This document shows positions 59,749 to 62,941 of a stretch of 62,941 nucleotides of DNA, piece after piece; within the stretch, counting starts at the first letter, position 1; each line of letters begins with the position of its first letter. This DNA comes from Promethearchaeota archaeon (GTDB taxonomy: Archaea > Asgardarchaeota > Heimdallarchaeia > Hodarchaeales > Hodarchaeaceae). A program made the position numbers and the translations under genes. Below the pieces are notes generated by a model. It searched no databases and was not told where the DNA came from. It saw only the letters and a list, made by a program, of their open reading frames with translations. The stretch is taken from assembly GCA_048938105.1 (NCBI GenBank), contig JBHLMN010000028.1, positions 1-62,941 on the forward strand. Reading direction: 5' to 3'.

Positions 59749-60408
59749 TTATATTTGATTTAGAATCTGATCCATGCCAATCAATAAATCTTTAGGATTT
59801 TCCATCGGAAAGTTTATTAATTTTGATAATACTCCTCGAAATCGTGAAATAAACTCTCTATTTGTTGTATCAGAAGAAAATTCTTCAATAATTTCTTGAA
59901 TGTGTCCAATATTCTGCTCATGTTTCTTTACTTTCTCAGAGAAAATGTCCATTATTATGGTTGCTGCAATACTTGAGAATTTTTGACCAATAATATCATG
60001 TAGAATTAAAAGGTGAGGTTTAGTAGATAAAATATCTAAATTCATAAACATACTGATCTTTTTTGCTGTAATTTCATCAACTTTGTGGAGAAGTGCACGA
60101 TAAATATTCATCTCATCTTTACTTATTGTGCCATCTATTTTCGCTCGCTTATATGTATTGGATACTATTTCTTTAAGAATTCTCCTTTGTTTTATTAGTA
60201 AGATTTGGATTTCATTTTTAGAAAAAGGTTGAGTTTTAGAACCCAATTTCGGTATTTTTTCCGAATGTATTGATAAATCATGTTCTATTCCAGCTATTAG
60301 TGCTTGTTCTTCTGTTGTAATCGTTAAATCCTTTAATGCTTCCTGTAATACAACCTTCAGAATTTCCTCGGACGGCATTCTAAGGAGGTACGAAATATCA
60401 TCTTCCAT
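59749..60408 (-). CDS. Hypothetical helical protein with two TerB-like motifs
   Basis: ALKDLTITTEE and AKIDGTISKDE. Confidence 0.55.
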   Translation of the reverse strand: MEDDISYLLRMPSEEILKVVLQEALKDLTITTEEQALIAGIEHDLSIHSEKIPKLGSKTQPFSKNEIQILLIKQRRILKEIVSNTYKRAKIDGTISKDEMNIYRALLHKVDEITAKKISMFMNLDILSTKPHLLILHDIIGQKFSSIAATIIMDIFSEKVKKHEQNIGHIQEIIEEFSSDTTNREFISRFRGVLSKLINFPMENPKDLLIGMDQILNQI

Positions 60409-60649
60409 GTTAAAGCTGAGCTCCTTGGGCTTATTTGACAGTTACAAAAGTATGTTACTTCTCAAGTTCTGATGACATTAAGGTTCTTAATGAATCTTAT
60501 GATAGATTCTGGTTATTTGATATTTGTTGATAAAAAAAAAATTATCCAATCATTCGCAAAGCTTTTATTGAACTAAGTACCAGATTTCTGACATCTTCCG
60601 TGATGGCGGTTAGGCTATCAATGGAGAGTGCAAATGGTGTAGATTAAAA

Positions 60650-62422
60650 ATGAGCAAAATCCTAAGAGTAAATATGAGTACTTTGGAACATTCTTTTGAA
60701 GATGTTCCAGAGAAGTACAAAACCCTCGGAGGAAGAGCGCTTACGAGTAACATCGTTTTTGACGAAGTAGATCCGAAGGTTAACCCACTTGGGCCCGAAA
60801 ATAAGCTTATTGTAGCCCCAGGCATTCTCGCAGGTACGAATGCGCCATCATCAGGTCGATTGAGTGTTGGTGGTAAATCTCCTCTAACAAATGGGATTAA
60901 AGAAGCCAATGCAGGTGGATTATCTGCTCAAAAACTTGGATGTTTAGGCATAAAAGCCCTGATAGTTGAAGGGCAAGCCTCAGGCGATAATTGGTACAAT
61001 ATTGTCCTGACAAAAGATAAATGTGAAATCGTTGAAGCTAATGAGTTTCATGGTATGGGTTTATACGAATTAATTGCTAAAATCTGGGAAAAATATCCTA
61101 ACAAACCTGGTATTATTGGCTGCGGGATTGCAGGACAGAAACAACTGACTGGTGCAGGGATTTTTGGTAACAACACTGAAAATAGTGATCCTGGACGTTT
61201 TGCAGGTCGGGGGGGATTAGGTGCAGTCCTTGGAAGTAAGAGAGTCATTGCAATCATATCTGATGATACAGGTACGGAACGTCCCAAACCAGTTGATCAG
61301 GAGTTGTTTGATACTGGTCGAAGAAAATTACGTGAGGCACTAAATGAACATGCGGTAACAGGAGTAATTGAAAAAGACGGGAAGGCTTACGGTGGGTTAA
61401 AGAATTACGGAACTAATATTCTCCAAAACATTATCAATGAAGCTGGGGCTCTTCCTACACGCAATTGGACTGCAGGCCGTTTTGAGGGTGCAGCAAAAAT
61501 CAGTGGTGAAGCTGTTCACGAATTAGTTGATAGAGTGAAAGCTAAATTCCCGAATTCAACAGCAGCTTACAATCATGCATGTCACCCAGGATGTATAATG
61601 AGATGTAGTAACATTGTTCCTTATGAAGAAACAGGCGCACATCAAGTTGCACCACTTGAATATGAAAGTGCTTGGGCCCTAGGAACTAATTGTGAAATCA
61701 GCGATCTTCATTATGTTGCTGAACTCAATCGTGTATGTAATGATCTCGGGCTTGATACTATAGAAATGGGGAACACCATCGCTGTTGCTATGGAAGGTGG
61801 TGAGCTTGAATTTGGAGATGGCCCTGGGGCAGTAAATTTCTTGAAGAAAGTTGCCACAAGTGAAGAAATCGGTAAAGTTATCGGTAATGGTGCCGTAGCT
61901 ATGGGTAAATACAAAGGCGTTACTCACGTAGCTCAAGTTAAAGGTCAAAGCTTGCCCGCGTATGATCCACGACCTATTAAAGGTATCGGTGTGACATATG
62001 CAACTGGTCCTCAAGGAGGTGACCACACCCAAGGATATACAATAGCACCTGAAATCTTGCAAGTTGGTGGTAAACCTGACCGAATGGACGTGAAAAAAGC
62101 CGAATTATCACGAGCTTTCCAAACCACAACAGCTTACATTGATTCAACTGGATATTGCCTCTTTATTGCTTTTGCTATTCTCGACATTGAATCTGGACTT
62201 AATGGTATGGTCGAATCGATCAACGGTTTCTTAGGTACAGAGATTGATGTTGGTAAATATGGGGCTGACATAATTCGAATTGAACGAGAATTCAATAAAC
62301 GAGCTGGTTTTACAGCCAAAGACGATAGATTACCTGAGTTCTTCTATAAAGAATCTCTACCTCCACATAACGTTGTTTTTGATGTACCCGATGAAGAATT
62401 AGACAAAGTTCATCAGGAGTAA
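60650..62422 (+). CDS. aor: Tungsten-dependent aldehyde ferredoxin oxidoreductase
   Basis: LGGRAL, KSPLT.GIKEANAGG, AGRGGLGAV.GSK, CHPGCIMRC, EYES, DLGLDTIE, DDRLP. Confidence 0.93.
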   Translation: MSKILRVNMSTLEHSFEDVPEKYKTLGGRALTSNIVFDEVDPKVNPLGPENKLIVAPGILAGTNAPSSGRLSVGGKSPLTNGIKEANAGGLSAQKLGCLGIKALIVEGQASGDNWYNIVLTKDKCEIVEANEFHGMGLYELIAKIWEKYPNKPGIIGCGIAGQKQLTGAGIFGNNTENSDPGRFAGRGGLGAVLGSKRVIAIISDDTGTERPKPVDQELFDTGRRKLREALNEHAVTGVIEKDGKAYGGLKNYGTNILQNIINEAGALPTRNWTAGRFEGAAKISGEAVHELVDRVKAKFPNSTAAYNHACHPGCIMRCSNIVPYEETGAHQVAPLEYESAWALGTNCEISDLHYVAELNRVCNDLGLDTIEMGNTIAVAMEGGELEFGDGPGAVNFLKKVATSEEIGKVIGNGAVAMGKYKGVTHVAQVKGQSLPAYDPRPIKGIGVTYATGPQGGDHTQGYTIAPEILQVGGKPDRMDVKKAELSRAFQTTTAYIDSTGYCLFIAFAILDIESGLNGMVESINGFLGTEIDVGKYGADIIRIEREFNKRAGFTAKDDRLPEFFYKESLPPHNVVFDVPDEELDKVHQE

Positions 62423-62445
62423 TCTCCTCCTCCCTTCTTTTTTTT
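62423..62445 (+). terminator. Archaeal pyrimidine/poly-T terminator
   Basis: TCTCCTCCTCCCTTCTTTTTTTT directly after the AOR stop. Confidence 0.55.
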
Positions 62446-62479
62446 AATAAAATAACTAAAATTCATCATCTCTACTTAT

Positions 62480-62941
62480 TTATGAGATGAGAGACGTTTC
62501 TTGACTCATTTGAGATTCTAATGATTCCCGTCGTCGGAATTCAGTCTTTCTTGTAATTATCAATAAAAAGATAAGTGTAATTGGAGTAATAATCAGAACA
62601 GATATTACCTGAAAGAAAACTGAACTAATTGTATGTAACAATAATAATCCTGATGATATTATTAGATACCCAGCAAAACCTCTATTGATAATAACTTCTT
62701 TAAATCCAATATTCTTAATTTTAAAAGCTTTAGAATCTTTTAGAATACACCAAAAAAGATACAATAGATAAATTGATCCGATTCCAATTATCACGGTATA
62801 ATAAAAAATCTCATAAAGCGTAGCGAGCTCGGTTCCTTCAATTAAAATTACAGGAACTATTGATATTCCATTAATAACCCCGTGGATTAACATTGGATAT
62901 ATTACATTTCTTGTTTCCCTCTTGGTATTTTTGAGGTTATT
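62480..62941 (-). CDS. CPBP (CAAX protease-like) intramembrane protease, 3' part
   Basis: Frame open to the window edge; TRNVIYPMLIHGVIN matches the last CPBP motif; TM segments follow. Confidence 0.65.
   Translation of the reverse strand, partial: NNLKNTKRETRNVIYPMLIHGVINGISIVPVILIEGTELATLYEIFYYTVIIGIGSIYLLYLFWCILKDSKAFKIKNIGFKEVIINRGFAGYLIISSGLLLLHTISSVFFQVISVLIITPITLIFLLIITRKTEFRRRESLESQMSQETSLIS

Noticed and set aside
275-62319. Numerous 60-150 aa ORFs antisense to or nested in long genes
   Set aside because: Shadow ORFs with no motifs, overlapping well-supported CDSs.

Overview
AT-rich, gene-dense archaeal DNA that looks like an Asgard archaeon, probably Heimdallarchaeia. That assignment is inferred from the Rab-like small GTPases, roadblock and longin domains, Thr-stalk/TM/basic-tail surface proteins and PAS histidine kinases. 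I found no rRNA, tRNA, CRISPR array or transposase. The window holds a phosphoesterase-FG-GAP surface protein (cut by the left edge), a RadA-like/small protein/PolB2 cassette with a 530-aa LAGLIDADG intein, three PAS kinases, two orphan family-5 solute-binding proteins, an AttH/CrtC-FeS-double-FAD oxidoreductase operon, a roadblock/CoxD/CoxE/phosphoesterase/Rab/Rab cluster, SufS, two N6-adenine MTases with no evident nuclease, and MoaD-like genes with a tungsten AOR. The most interesting items are: (1) a histone-fold-longin-polybasic-tail fusion (52046-53140); (2) PIP boxes on both the dead RadA-like protein and PolB2, suggesting a clamp-tethered mutasome; (3) an SBP coupled to a membrane-anchored wHTH regulator behind a perfect 18-bp palindrome; (4) a circularly permuted SBP; (5) a Ras-family GTPase with two large insertions; (6) a pseudokinase; (7) ubiquitin-like proteins with residues after the GG. 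All family calls come from motif recognition by eye, not from database searches.
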